This document shows positions 12,779-22,478 of a stretch of 64,000 nucleotides of DNA, piece by piece. How positions within the stretch are numbered: position 1 is the first letter of the stretch; each line of letters starts with the position of its first letter. Below the pieces are notes generated by a model that did not search any database, was not told the origin of the DNA, and worked only from the letters and a program-made list of their open reading frames with translations. The DNA comes from Escherichia coli. GTDB taxonomy: Bacteria > Pseudomonadota > Gammaproteobacteria > Enterobacterales > Enterobacteriaceae. A program made the translations under genes and the position numbers. The DNA lies in NCBI RefSeq assembly GCF_044647545.1, contig NZ_CP172818.1, one strand, 5' to 3'.

Positions 12779-12870
12779 AGTGAGGGGGGATGTTGGCGAA
12801 TGTTGGCATGGTGCCGAGGGTTCCCCCTCACCCTAACCCTCTCTCCTGTGGGGCGAGGGGACTGACCGAG
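12779..12870. repeat. GC-rich imperfect palindromic intergenic repeat element between cstA and ybdD
   Basis: tgagggggga (12781-12790) pairs with ttccccctca (12821-12830), followed by ccctaaccctctctcctgtggggcgagggga; resembles E. coli intergenic palindromic repeat families, family not assigned. Confidence 0.5.
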
Positions 12871-12915
12871 CGCGTTGATAGCACCCTCTCAGCAACCTGT
12901 TTACCGGAGGTTTAG

Positions 12916-13113
12916 ATGTTTGATTCACTGGCAAAAGCCGGAAAATATTTAGGTCAGGCGGCGAAACTGATGATTGGTATGCCTGATTACGACAACTATG
13001 TCGAACATATGCGGGTTAACCATCCCGATCAAACGCCGATGACCTACGAAGAGTTTTTCCGTGAGCGGCAGGACGCGCGCTACGGTGGAAAAGGCGGCGC
13101 GCGCTGCTGCTAA
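12916..13113 (+). CDS. ybdD: Small protein co-located with cstA (DUF466 family)
   Basis: 65 aa; SD-like ggagg 7 nt upstream of ATG; conserved partner downstream of cstA-type transporters. Confidence 0.85.
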   Translation: MFDSLAKAGKYLGQAAKLMIGMPDYDNYVEHMRVNHPDQTPMTYEEFFRERQDARYGGKGGARCC

Positions 13114-13122
13114 ATCTGTACG

Positions 13123-14211
13123 TCAGGCTTTAAACGATTCCACTTTTTCGAACGCTGCACGCAACGTATCCGGTGTCAGCGTGACCGGCAGGTAATGAAT
13201 GGATTCCACCGGACGTAAGGTGTGGGCAATCACTTTGTCGATCTCCGCCTGATTATTGATATCCACTTCCAGCTCCGCCAGCGTAGTCGGCAGATGAAAA
13301 CGCTGATACGCTCCAGTTAATTGCGCCAGCACATCATCCTGACCCAGCAAGGCGCTTTGCACCAGAATTCCGTAGGCGACTTTGGTGCCGTGGAGAAACT
13401 TCTCGGTTTGCGGCAGCACGGTCAGACCGTTATGCACGGCATGAGCTGCCGCCACACGCGTAAAACGATCGCCCAGACCACCAACCATCCCACCACCAGC
13501 AATAATGGCATCCACCACATCGCAAAATGATTGCGTTAACTGGTGATTTTGCTGATCGCTCAGCGCCTGTTCGCTACTGTTTAACAAGACGTCGCGAATG
13601 GCCTGCGCATTATTGATCCCCAGTCGCACGGTTAGCGGCAACGTTTCTGGTTGCGGGGCCAGCACCACCGCTTCATACCATTTCGCCAGCGTGTCACCGA
13701 TCCCCGCCAGCAGATATTGTTGCGGCGCGTTGAGGATAATCTCCGGTTCCACCAGCACCATAAAATTGGCGTCGTCGAAAATCTCATAATGCAGCGCCTG
13801 TCCGGCATCGTTATACCAGACAGAGAGCGGTGTCCAGGCGGCGCAGGTAGCGGCGATCGTCGGAACGGCAACAAATGGCAGACCGAGACGGCGGGCGAGG
13901 GCTTTCGCGGTGTCGAGCAGTGCGCCGCCGCCGACGCCAATCACCACGTTGCGATCGTCAGCGGATTCAGCCGCCAGTTGCTGTACATCGCTTTCGCTGC
14001 AATGACCACGAAACAAAATATGCTTTGCCCCTGGCAGTTCAAACGCTGGCGGCAGTTTGGTTTGCGCCGCAGCAATGGCGCGTTCGCCGTAGATCCACAC
14101 CGCGCGAGAAAGCTGTTCATCAGTGAAAAAATCGTGCAGGTGATTGAAACTTCCTGGATGTGAAAAGTAGTTAGCCGGGCCGACGACCACGCGGATAGGA
14201 TTGTGAGGCAT
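13123..14211 (-). CDS. ybdH: Iron-containing alcohol/glycerol dehydrogenase family oxidoreductase
   Basis: 362 aa; dinucleotide-binding motif GVGGGALLDTAKA. Confidence 0.9.
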   Translation of the reverse strand: MPHNPIRVVVGPANYFSHPGSFNHLHDFFTDEQLSRAVWIYGERAIAAAQTKLPPAFELPGAKHILFRGHCSESDVQQLAAESADDRNVVIGVGGGALLDTAKALARRLGLPFVAVPTIAATCAAWTPLSVWYNDAGQALHYEIFDDANFMVLVEPEIILNAPQQYLLAGIGDTLAKWYEAVVLAPQPETLPLTVRLGINNAQAIRDVLLNSSEQALSDQQNHQLTQSFCDVVDAIIAGGGMVGGLGDRFTRVAAAHAVHNGLTVLPQTEKFLHGTKVAYGILVQSALLGQDDVLAQLTGAYQRFHLPTTLAELEVDINNQAEIDKVIAHTLRPVESIHYLPVTLTPDTLRAAFEKVESFKA

Positions 14212-14319
14212 GTTGTGTTGTCCTTATTGTTTTATTTAGACATCTAAACGTCTTGATTGCCAAATACTAGCATCGTGTTATAGTGCCTTCAACACGCAAC
14301 TTCATCAGGCACAATAAAA

Positions 14320-15480
14320 ATGACAAATAACCCTCTGATTCCACAAAGCAAACTTCCACAACTTGGCACCACTATTTTCACCCAGATGAGTGCACTGGCG
14401 CAGCAACACCAGGCGATTAACCTGTCGCAAGGCTTTCCTGATTTTGATGGTCCGCGCTATTTGCAGGAACGGCTGGCGTACCACGTTGCCCAGGGGGCAA
14501 ACCAATACGCACCCATGACCGGCGTGCAAGCATTACGCGAGGCGATTGCTCAGAAAACGGAACGGCTGTATGGCTATCAACCAGATGCCGACAGCGATAT
14601 CACCGTAACAGCAGGGGCGACGGAAGCGCTATACGCAGCGATTACTGCATTGGTTCGCAATGGCGATGAAGTGATTTGCTTTGATCCCAGCTATGACAGT
14701 TACGCGCCCGCCATCGCGCTTTCTGGGGGAATAGTGAAGCGTATGGCACTGCAACCACCGCATTTTCGCGTGGACTGGCAGGAATTTGCCGCATTGTTAA
14801 GCGAGCGCACCCGACTGGTGATCCTCAACACCCCGCATAACCCCAGTGCAACTGTCTGGCAGCAGACTGATTTCGCCGCTCTGTGGCAGGCGATTGCCGG
14901 GCACGAGATTTTTGTCATTAGCGATGAAGTTTACGAGCACATCAACTTTTCACAACAGGGCCATGCCAGCGTACTGGCGCATCCGCAGCTGCGTGAGCGG
15001 GCGGTGGCGGTGTCATCGTTTGGCAAGACCTATCATATGACCGGCTGGAAAGTGGGTTATTGCGTTGCGCCAGCGCCCATCAGTGCCGAAATTCGCAAGG
15101 TACACCAGTATCTGACCTTTTCGGTGAATACCCCGGCACAGCTGGCACTTGCGGATATGCTACGTGCAGAACCTGAGCATTATCTTGCGTTACCGGACTT
15201 TTATCGCCAGAAGCGCGATATTCTGGTGAATGCCTTAAATGAAAGTCGGCTGGAGATTTTACCGTGCGAAGGTACATACTTTTTGATGGTGGATTACAGC
15301 GCCGTATCTACGCTGGATGATGTTGAGTTTTGCCAGTGGCTGACGCGGGAGCACGGCGTAGCGGCGATTCCGCTGTCGGTGTTTTGCGCCGATCCCTTCC
15401 CACATAAACTGATTCGTCTCTGTTTTGCCAAGAAGGAATCGACGTTGCTGGCAGCAGCAGAACGCCTGCGCCAGCTTTAG
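14320..15480 (+). CDS. ybdL: PLP-dependent aminotransferase (class I; methionine aminotransferase)
   Basis: 386 aa; PLP-lysine motif SSFGKTY. Confidence 0.92.
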   Translation: MTNNPLIPQSKLPQLGTTIFTQMSALAQQHQAINLSQGFPDFDGPRYLQERLAYHVAQGANQYAPMTGVQALREAIAQKTERLYGYQPDADSDITVTAGATEALYAAITALVRNGDEVICFDPSYDSYAPAIALSGGIVKRMALQPPHFRVDWQEFAALLSERTRLVILNTPHNPSATVWQQTDFAALWQAIAGHEIFVISDEVYEHINFSQQGHASVLAHPQLRERAVAVSSFGKTYHMTGWKVGYCVAPAPISAEIRKVHQYLTFSVNTPAQLALADMLRAEPEHYLALPDFYRQKRDILVNALNESRLEILPCEGTYFLMVDYSAVSTLDDVEFCQWLTREHGVAAIPLSVFCADPFPHKLIRLCFAKKESTLLAAAERLRQL

Positions 15481-16110
15481 TTATTTAACCGTCCAGGCGC
15501 GGGAAAATTGACGGTCGGCAAACAACTCTTGCAGGCCGTTAATTTGCTTCAGGCGCAACACTTCGTCGCTGTCCATTCCCAGCTCTTTGCCAATTTTATT
15601 ATCGTCCCATCCCAACTGGCTGAGTTCTCGGACGATTTCTGACATGGCAGTGATTTGGTGACGTCCACGAGCGCGATTATGACGAATAGTTGCGGCGATG
15701 CGTTGATTACGCGTACCTTCCAGACAGGTCACCGGCAAATAACCTTTTAAGCGTAATTTTAACGATGATGAGCCTTTACCAATTTCATGGCGGTGAAAAC
15801 CATCCACGATTTCCAGGGCATTTTTATCCGTATGCGTGACCACAATGGGTTGGGTAAAACCATCTATTTCAATGGATTTTTTCAGCAGTTTTTTTTCGGG
15901 TGGTGCCACGTTGTTTGGGTTGTAATCATTAGGCATAAGTTGGCTGTTTTTAACCCACAGAACGCAATCCACTGGCTCTTCACGAAAGGGGCTAACCTGA
16001 TGGATCGCCATGCGGATTTCATTAATCGCTTTGATGCGATCATCTTCCGGCAAGCTGGCGAGAAATTGGGTTAAATCCTGCGTTAATCGTTGTTGCATAG
16101 TATCCCCCAT
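15481..16110 (-). CDS. ybdM: ParB/sulfiredoxin-like domain protein
   Basis: 209 aa; ParB/Srx signature IVDGFHRHE; 28-bp overlap with upstream ybdN; stop abuts ybdL stop. Confidence 0.88.
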   Translation of the reverse strand: MGDTMQQRLTQDLTQFLASLPEDDRIKAINEIRMAIHQVSPFREEPVDCVLWVKNSQLMPNDYNPNNVAPPEKKLLKKSIEIDGFTQPIVVTHTDKNALEIVDGFHRHEIGKGSSSLKLRLKGYLPVTCLEGTRNQRIAATIRHNRARGRHQITAMSEIVRELSQLGWDDNKIGKELGMDSDEVLRLKQINGLQELFADRQFSRAWTVK

Positions 16111-17303
16111 TCCTGACGTTTTCCTTTTATCCGTTCGTTATAACGCTGATAGTTCTTCGCTTTCGTAGGACTAAATGATAATGCCCGGCACCAGTAATCG
16201 TTATTGAGTAAAACTTTGCATATTCGCCGCCAGGAGGGGATATCTTTCGCGCCAATGTCCCCTTGCTGGGTTTGTGGAACTTCGATGCCTTTTTTCTGAT
16301 ACCAGTGCAAATAAATGGCGATTTTATTGCGGTAATGCTCAGCTGTTTTTTCCGGCATGCTATTGAGCAGCAATAATGCATATTCTTGCCAGTCTAAATG
16401 TTCTGGCTTGAGGATTTTCCGATGACCATAAAAATGATTATCATGTCCGGCGTAAATGCCGCCACTTTTTACCCCGCTGACTCGTGCGCACATAGCAGCC
16501 CAGCGATCCGGTTCGATAACGTGATAGAGCCATAATCCTTGCCGTTGCTCCGGGCCAAAAGGTTCGCAAATTCGCATATGACGCAGAGGAACGCCTGCCT
16601 GATACATTATATTATACAGTGGGTTACAGAGCTGTTGATGGTTAGCATACCAGGTCCAGATATCAGCCACTTTCCAGTCGTAGATGGGGTAAATGTACCA
16701 ACTATGACCGCCTGGTGCGGCGGTGGTCCAGGGCTTATCATCGGCAAAACGTTGTTTATTTAAACTGGCGATGGCGACAAAACGGTTGTAGGACTCATCT
16801 GCACGGATGCCGATCATCATCGCCGCCGGACGTTTTTGTGAAAACCATTCAGCAAACTCACGCACAAATTGTTCGAAGGTCATGCCAGGCTGGTAAAAGG
16901 AGAAAAAGTCAGGATCGGTTATCGCATCTTGCGGGGGCTGACGCACCCATTCGACATCAGGTTCCCAGCACTGCCATTCGGGTTGGTATTGAGAAAGGGA
17001 ATTTTGCGTCGTAAGCGGGAGCGCAACCCAGTAAAACTCTTCGATGACATCGGCGTAAAACTCACGTAATGACTGAACATAGTTAATAGTGCATGAGAAC
17101 TGCGCTTCCCAGTCGATAAACAAAACGCAGATTTTTTTGCCCATTTGTCGGGCAATTTCGGCGGTCAGATGCAGCATTAATCCGGAATCTTTACCACCCG
17201 AAAAAGAAACGCAGACACGGGGTAGGGTATTAAGTGTCCAGGTAATACGTTCTTTTGCAGCTTCCAGAATATTCAGTGGAAGCGGGATTTTATAAATAGA
17301 CAT
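16083..17303 (-). CDS. ybdN: PAPS-reductase-like PP-loop ATP pyrophosphatase family protein
   Basis: 406 aa; PP-loop motif SFSGGKDS near N-terminus. Confidence 0.88.
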   Translation of the reverse strand: MSIYKIPLPLNILEAAKERITWTLNTLPRVCVSFSGGKDSGLMLHLTAEIARQMGKKICVLFIDWEAQFSCTINYVQSLREFYADVIEEFYWVALPLTTQNSLSQYQPEWQCWEPDVEWVRQPPQDAITDPDFFSFYQPGMTFEQFVREFAEWFSQKRPAAMMIGIRADESYNRFVAIASLNKQRFADDKPWTTAAPGGHSWYIYPIYDWKVADIWTWYANHQQLCNPLYNIMYQAGVPLRHMRICEPFGPEQRQGLWLYHVIEPDRWAAMCARVSGVKSGGIYAGHDNHFYGHRKILKPEHLDWQEYALLLLNSMPEKTAEHYRNKIAIYLHWYQKKGIEVPQTQQGDIGAKDIPSWRRICKVLLNNDYWCRALSFSPTKAKNYQRYNERIKGKRQEWGILCNND

Positions 17304-17449
17304 CTAAAAACGCTCTCTGAACGTTACGGGGTGACTCGTGAGATGAATCCGCTAATTATAGGATAAACGAAGCAAGATAGAGCACATTATTTTATATTCA
17401 CATAATGAATTAATTGATGCGTAATATATTATTTGCCAGTGGTAATGAA

Positions 17450-18352
17450 TCAGAAGCTATCATTTAAACGATCTATGAATCGGGAGAAGACAAGGTTGTT
17501 CAACGAAGCCTTGTTATAGGAAATATAAAGTTTAACCGCAGGAAGAGGTTGTTCCAGTTTTATTTCTTTTAACTTCAAAAAGTCACGATGTAAATTGTAC
17601 AGTTCGGTGGGCACAATGCCTAATAAGTCAGTAACAGAAATACTATTAATTATAGTCATCAAAGAAGAACTGCGAAATGAAACTTTACGGTTCATAAAAC
17701 GTTCATCTATGTCCATTTGAATTTCGTCAATCCCTGCTGATTTAGATATCAACAGGGTGAATTCTTCGGCGATAATTTGTTCATAGTTACTGGTATCGGT
17801 AATACGAGGATGTTTGTTGCTACATATAAGAGAATTGCGAATAGTATGTAACGGCATGCAGATGACAGAGCGGCTAATTACTGGTTGTAGTGTAATTGCC
17901 AGGTCAGTTTTGCGTTGAACCAACAGTTCTTCGGCATTTTCAGCTGAAAGCAGTATGTCATGGCATTCTATATCGATTGAAGTATCTTGTCTAAGACAGC
18001 GGATTAGCATGTTGTTATTAGTACAAGAAATAAGCTGAGGACCGTAGATAATAAAATTTTTCTTTAGCTCAGACTTATTAACAATATTGATCGTTTGTTC
18101 AATGCCTCTGAGATTTTTCTCAAGATGATGATGCAGATTTAACCCTGTCGTAGTCGGCGCGATACCTTTCCCTGAACGAATGAATAACGGGTCATTAAAT
18201 TGCGCACGTAAACGTTGTAACGACTGACTAACAGCAGAGGGCGTTATATATAATGATTCTGCCGCTTTACTAATGCTGAGATGTTGATAAATACATTCAA
18301 ATATGACCAGTAAATTGAGGTCAAATTTTTTTAGATCATAAAGATTCGCCAT
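17450..18352 (-). CDS. ybdO: LysR-family transcriptional regulator
   Basis: 300 aa from ATG at 18352 (alternative upstream ATG at 18388); N-terminal HTH; markedly AT-rich coding sequence. Confidence 0.85.
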   Translation of the reverse strand: MANLYDLKKFDLNLLVIFECIYQHLSISKAAESLYITPSAVSQSLQRLRAQFNDPLFIRSGKGIAPTTTGLNLHHHLEKNLRGIEQTINIVNKSELKKNFIIYGPQLISCTNNNMLIRCLRQDTSIDIECHDILLSAENAEELLVQRKTDLAITLQPVISRSVICMPLHTIRNSLICSNKHPRITDTSNYEQIIAEEFTLLISKSAGIDEIQMDIDERFMNRKVSFRSSSLMTIINSISVTDLLGIVPTELYNLHRDFLKLKEIKLEQPLPAVKLYISYNKASLNNLVFSRFIDRLNDSF

Positions 18353-18556
18353 AACATACTCCGTTGTATTGTCTCTTCCATAAATCATTCACTTGATCAA
18401 TATTGTTGTTGTATTTATATGTGTTATGTTTTTCTGCTTAACTTTGGATTAAGATTTTCTAAAATAGCATAGCTGTCAGGTGGGTTACGAGCAATTCATG
18501 CTTTTTTAGGATGGTTGAAAAGCAGGAATATATTTCAACCATCCATAAATTATCTT

Positions 18557-19303
18557 TTATTTATTCCCCATAATGATATTAAGCGTTTTCTGATCGGGCA
18601 ACCCCACGGCCTGTTGCAGTGTATTTTCCTTACTCATGTAATAGATAGCTGGCGTGACATTTGCCCCCAGATCGTCCATCAGTTTCTCGTTATCGCTTAA
18701 CACTTTCATTTGCTCTGTACTTACGTTTGCAGGCACGTTTAGTTTAAGCTTGCCACCAGAGGCTTCATATTCTTGCCAGGTTTTTGCGGGATCTTTGGAG
18801 GCAAGAATTGCCGCTGCTGTCGCCGGGCTTTCTGGCTTGATAACGCCAACCAACAATGTTCTTAATTGCACTTTGCCAGAATCTACCCACGGGCGAGCCT
18901 GCTGCCAGAACTGTTTACAATATGGGCAGAACGGATCGGCGAAGACGTAGACAATGACCGGCGCGTCTTTTTTACCGTCGAGGAGCCAGTGGGATTGTTC
19001 CATCCGTTGCCACATTTCGCGTCCGGCGGGTGCGTAAATTTCTTTTTCGATAAGTGTGTTACTCAGGTTTTCACCTTTCTCGTTGTACATGTAACCGGAG
19101 ATAGCGTGCTTACCATCTGGAGTCAGGTAGATGGTGACGCCCATATCCTGATACTTGCCGAGATAACCTTTCATTCCTCCGGGAGCATCGAACGTTTTGA
19201 TGATTGTAATGCCCTGTTTTTCAATCGCTTTTACTGGGGCAGGAAGTTCCTCTGCGAAGGCGATTGCAGGAAGCAGAGCCAGTAAAAGTATCTTTTTTAA
19301 CAT
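18557..19303 (-). CDS. dsbG: Periplasmic thiol:disulfide interchange protein
   Basis: 248 aa from ATG at 19303; signal peptide [17 protein letters not shown]; thioredoxin CPYC motif. Confidence 0.92.
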
Positions 19304-19589
19304 TAATTTGTCCTTTTCAGTCAGTGCAAAAGTCGAGTAAAAGGCATAACCTATCACTGTCATAGGTAAGAGCTTAGATCAGGTGATTGCCCTTTGTTTA
19401 TGAGGGTGTTGTAATCCATGTCGTTGTTGCATTTGTAAGGGCAACACCTCAGCCTGCAGGCAGGCGCTGAAGATACCAAAGGGTAGTTCAGATTACACGG
19501 TCACCTGGAAAGGGGGCCATTTTACTTTTTATCGCCGCTGGCGGTGCAAAGTTCACAAAGTTGTCTTACGAAGGTTGTAAGGTAAAACT

Positions 19590-19640
19590 TATCGATTTGA
19601 TAATGGAAACGCATTAGCCGAATCGGCAAAAATTGGTTAC
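19590..19640. promoter_or_regulatory. Putative OxyR-controlled ahpC promoter region
   Basis: AT-rich segment (gataatggaaacgcattagccgaatcggcaaaaattggttacc) about 40-90 bp upstream of ahpC; ahpCF is a classical OxyR target; site boundaries approximate. Confidence 0.35.
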
Positions 19641-19674
19641 CTTACATCTCATCGAAAACACGGAGGAAGTATAG

Positions 19675-20238
19675 ATGTCCTTGATTAACACCAAAATTAA
19701 ACCTTTTAAAAACCAGGCATTCAAAAACGGCGAATTCATCGAAATCACCGAAAAAGATACCGAAGGCCGCTGGAGCGTCTTCTTCTTCTACCCGGCTGAC
19801 TTTACTTTCGTATGCCCGACCGAACTGGGTGACGTTGCTGACCATTACGAAGAACTGCAGAAACTGGGCGTAGACGTATACGCAGTATCTACCGATACTC
19901 ACTTCACCCACAAAGCATGGCACAGCAGCTCTGAAACCATCGCTAAAATCAAATATGCGATGATCGGCGACCCGACTGGCGCCCTGACCCGTAACTTCGA
20001 CAACATGCGTGAAGATGAAGGTCTGGCTGACCGTGCGACCTTCGTTGTTGACCCGCAGGGTATCATCCAGGCAATCGAAGTTACCGCTGAAGGCATTGGC
20101 CGTGACGCGTCTGACCTGCTGCGTAAAATCAAAGCAGCACAGTACGTAGCTTCTCACCCAGGTGAAGTTTGCCCGGCTAAATGGAAAGAAGGTGAAGCAA
20201 CTCTGGCTCCGTCTCTGGACCTGGTTGGTAAAATCTAA
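19675..20238 (+). CDS. ahpC: Alkyl hydroperoxide reductase, peroxiredoxin subunit
   Basis: 187 aa; peroxidatic Cys motif FTFVCPTE. Confidence 0.97.
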   Translation: MSLINTKIKPFKNQAFKNGEFIEITEKDTEGRWSVFFFYPADFTFVCPTELGDVADHYEELQKLGVDVYAVSTDTHFTHKAWHSSSETIAKIKYAMIGDPTGALTRNFDNMREDEGLADRATFVVDPQGIIQAIEVTAEGIGRDASDLLRKIKAAQYVASHPGEVCPAKWKEGEATLAPSLDLVGKI

Positions 20239-20255
20239 TCGCAATCGCGTAATTA

Positions 20256-20282
20256 ATCGGGTGCTGCGGCACCCGATTTTCT
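20256..20282 (+). terminator. Hairpin plus T-tract immediately after ahpC (partial terminator/attenuator before ahpF)
   Basis: atcgggtgc ... gcacccgat stem followed by ttttctt. Confidence 0.5.
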
Positions 20283-20363
20283 TCCCCGCACCATGATGCA
20301 AGCTGCATCCAGGTAGCCGCAGAGGCCGCTTGCATGATGATGTTTAAAGCCCAGGAGATAAAC

Positions 20364-21929
20364 ATGCTCGACACAAATATGAAAACTCAACTCAAGGCTT
20401 ACCTTGAGAAATTGACCAAGCCTGTTGAGTTAATTGCCACGCTGGATGACAGCGCTAAATCGGCAGAAATCAAGGAACTGTTGGCTGAAATCGCAGAACT
20501 GTCAGACAAAGTCACCTTTAAAGAAGATAACAGCTTGCCGGTGCGTAAGCCGTCTTTCCTGATCACTAACCCAGGTTCCAACCAGGGGCCACGTTTTGCA
20601 GGATCCCCGCTGGGCCACGAGTTCACCTCGCTGGTACTGGCGTTGCTGTGGACCGGTGGTCATCCGTCGAAAGAAGCGCAGTCTCTGCTGGAGCAGATTC
20701 GCCATATTGACGGTGATTTTGAATTCGAAACCTATTACTCGCTCTCTTGCCACAACTGCCCGGACGTGGTGCAGGCGCTGAACCTGATGAGCGTACTGAA
20801 CCCGCGCATCAAGCACACTGCAATTGACGGCGGCACCTTCCAGAACGAAATCACCGATCGCAACGTGATGGGCGTTCCGGCAGTGTTCGTAAACGGGAAA
20901 GAGTTTGGTCAGGGCCGCATGACGTTGACTGAAATCGTTGCCAAAATTGATACTGGTGCGGAAAAACGTGCGGCAGAAGAGCTGAACAAGCGTGATGCTT
21001 ATGACGTATTAATCGTTGGTTCCGGCCCGGCGGGTGCAGCGGCAGCAATTTACTCCGCACGTAAAGGCATCCGTACCGGTCTGATGGGCGAACGTTTTGG
21101 TGGTCAGATCCTCGATACCGTTGATATCGAAAACTACATTTCTGTACCGAAGACCGAAGGCCAGAAACTGGCAGGTGCGCTGAAAGTTCATGTTAATGAA
21201 TACGACGTTGATGTGATCGACAGTCAGAGCGCGAGCAAACTGATCCCGGCAGCGGTTGAAGGCGGCCTGCATAAGATTGAAACAGCTTCTGGCGCGGTAC
21301 TGAAAGCACGCAGCATTATCGTGGCGACCGGTGCAAAATGGCGCAACATGAACGTTCCGGGCGAAGATCAGTATCGCACCAAAGGCGTGACCTACTGCCC
21401 GCACTGCGACGGCCCGCTGTTTAAAGGCAAACGCGTAGCGGTTATCGGCGGCGGTAACTCCGGCGTGGAAGCGGCAATTGACCTGGCGGGTATCGTTGAG
21501 CACGTAACGCTGCTGGAATTTGCGCCAGAAATGAAAGCCGACCAGGTTCTGCAGGACAAACTGCGCAGCCTGAAAAACGTCGACATTATTCTGAATGCGC
21601 AAACCACGGAAGTGAAAGGCGACGGTAGCAAAGTCGTAGGTCTGGAATATCGCGATCGTGTCAGCGGCGATATTCACAACATCGAACTGGCCGGTATTTT
21701 CGTCCAGATTGGTCTGCTGCCGAACACCAACTGGCTCGAAGGCGCAGTCGAACGTAACCGCATGGGCGAGATTATCATTGATGCGAAATGCGAAACCAAC
21801 GTCAAAGGCGTGTTCGCAGCGGGTGACTGTACGACGGTTCCGTACAAGCAGATCATCATCGCTACTGGCGAAGGTGCCAAAGCCTCTCTGAGTGCTTTTG
21901 ACTACCTGATTCGCACCAAAACTGCATAA
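20364..21929 (+). CDS. ahpF: Alkyl hydroperoxide reductase, flavoprotein subunit
   Basis: 521 aa from ATG at 20364 with SD aggag upstream; redox CHNC and CPHC motifs; FAD-binding GSGPAG. Confidence 0.96.
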   Translation: MLDTNMKTQLKAYLEKLTKPVELIATLDDSAKSAEIKELLAEIAELSDKVTFKEDNSLPVRKPSFLITNPGSNQGPRFAGSPLGHEFTSLVLALLWTGGHPSKEAQSLLEQIRHIDGDFEFETYYSLSCHNCPDVVQALNLMSVLNPRIKHTAIDGGTFQNEITDRNVMGVPAVFVNGKEFGQGRMTLTEIVAKIDTGAEKRAAEELNKRDAYDVLIVGSGPAGAAAAIYSARKGIRTGLMGERFGGQILDTVDIENYISVPKTEGQKLAGALKVHVNEYDVDVIDSQSASKLIPAAVEGGLHKIETASGAVLKARSIIVATGAKWRNMNVPGEDQYRTKGVTYCPHCDGPLFKGKRVAVIGGGNSGVEAAIDLAGIVEHVTLLEFAPEMKADQVLQDKLRSLKNVDIILNAQTTEVKGDGSKVVGLEYRDRVSGDIHNIELAGIFVQIGLLPNTNWLEGAVERNRMGEIIIDAKCETNVKGVFAAGDCTTVPYKQIIIATGEGAKASLSAFDYLIRTKTA

Positions 21930-21958
21930 GAAGAAGTAAGATTCACCTGCAATTGCTT

Positions 21959-21990
21959 AGCCGCCGGGGTCAAACCTGGCGGCTTTTTTA
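21959..21990 (+). terminator. Intrinsic terminator after ahpF
   Basis: agccgccgggg / cctggcggct stem followed by ttttttatt. Confidence 0.7.
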
Positions 21991-21995
21991 TTGCA

Positions 21996-22031
21996 TTAAA
22001 AAGCCCTGCAGGGATGGCTCCGGGCAGGGCG
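21996..22031 (-). terminator. Intrinsic terminator after uspG (minus strand)
   Basis: gccctgc ... gcagggc inverted repeat; on the minus strand the hairpin is followed by a T-run. Confidence 0.55.
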
Positions 22032-22049
22032 GGATATTTATTCTGGCAA

Positions 22050-22478
22050 TTAACGCACAACCAGCACCGGCAGATTGGCGTGGCGGATCACGCTCGAGGC
22101 GTTAGAACCCAACAGATGAGTTGAAATTGATGGGTTACGCGAACCAATCACTACTACATCTGCATCAAGTTCTTTCGCTAACTCGTTAACTTCATCCCGC
22201 ACACTACCAAAACGGACATGTTGCTTAATGCGGGAAGGATCGATGGTGAAGTGGCTGACCATCGTTTGCAGACGTTCTTCTGCTTCATGTTGCAGATGCT
22301 CTTCAAAACGACGTACATCAGCGGCAAAACGGTGCAGACTCAGGCTGGCGGACCCCGGTAGTACGTGAAGTAGATGAATAACTCCGTCATCCTGGGCGAG
22401 GAATTCAGCGTGGCGAACCGCTTTGTCGCTCAATTCCATTTCGAAAACATCCACTGGCATGATGATTGTTTTGTACAT
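22050..22478 (-). CDS. uspG: Universal stress protein G
   Basis: 142 aa from ATG at 22478; Usp fold, C-terminal GSRNPS ATP-binding-type motif. Confidence 0.9.
   Translation of the reverse strand: MYKTIIMPVDVFEMELSDKAVRHAEFLAQDDGVIHLLHVLPGSASLSLHRFAADVRRFEEHLQHEAEERLQTMVSHFTIDPSRIKQHVRFGSVRDEVNELAKELDADVVVIGSRNPSISTHLLGSNASSVIRHANLPVLVVR

Noticed and set aside
19642-20301. 219-aa minus-strand ORF
   Set aside because: Antisense to ahpC and extends across its boundaries; ahpC frame is unambiguous.
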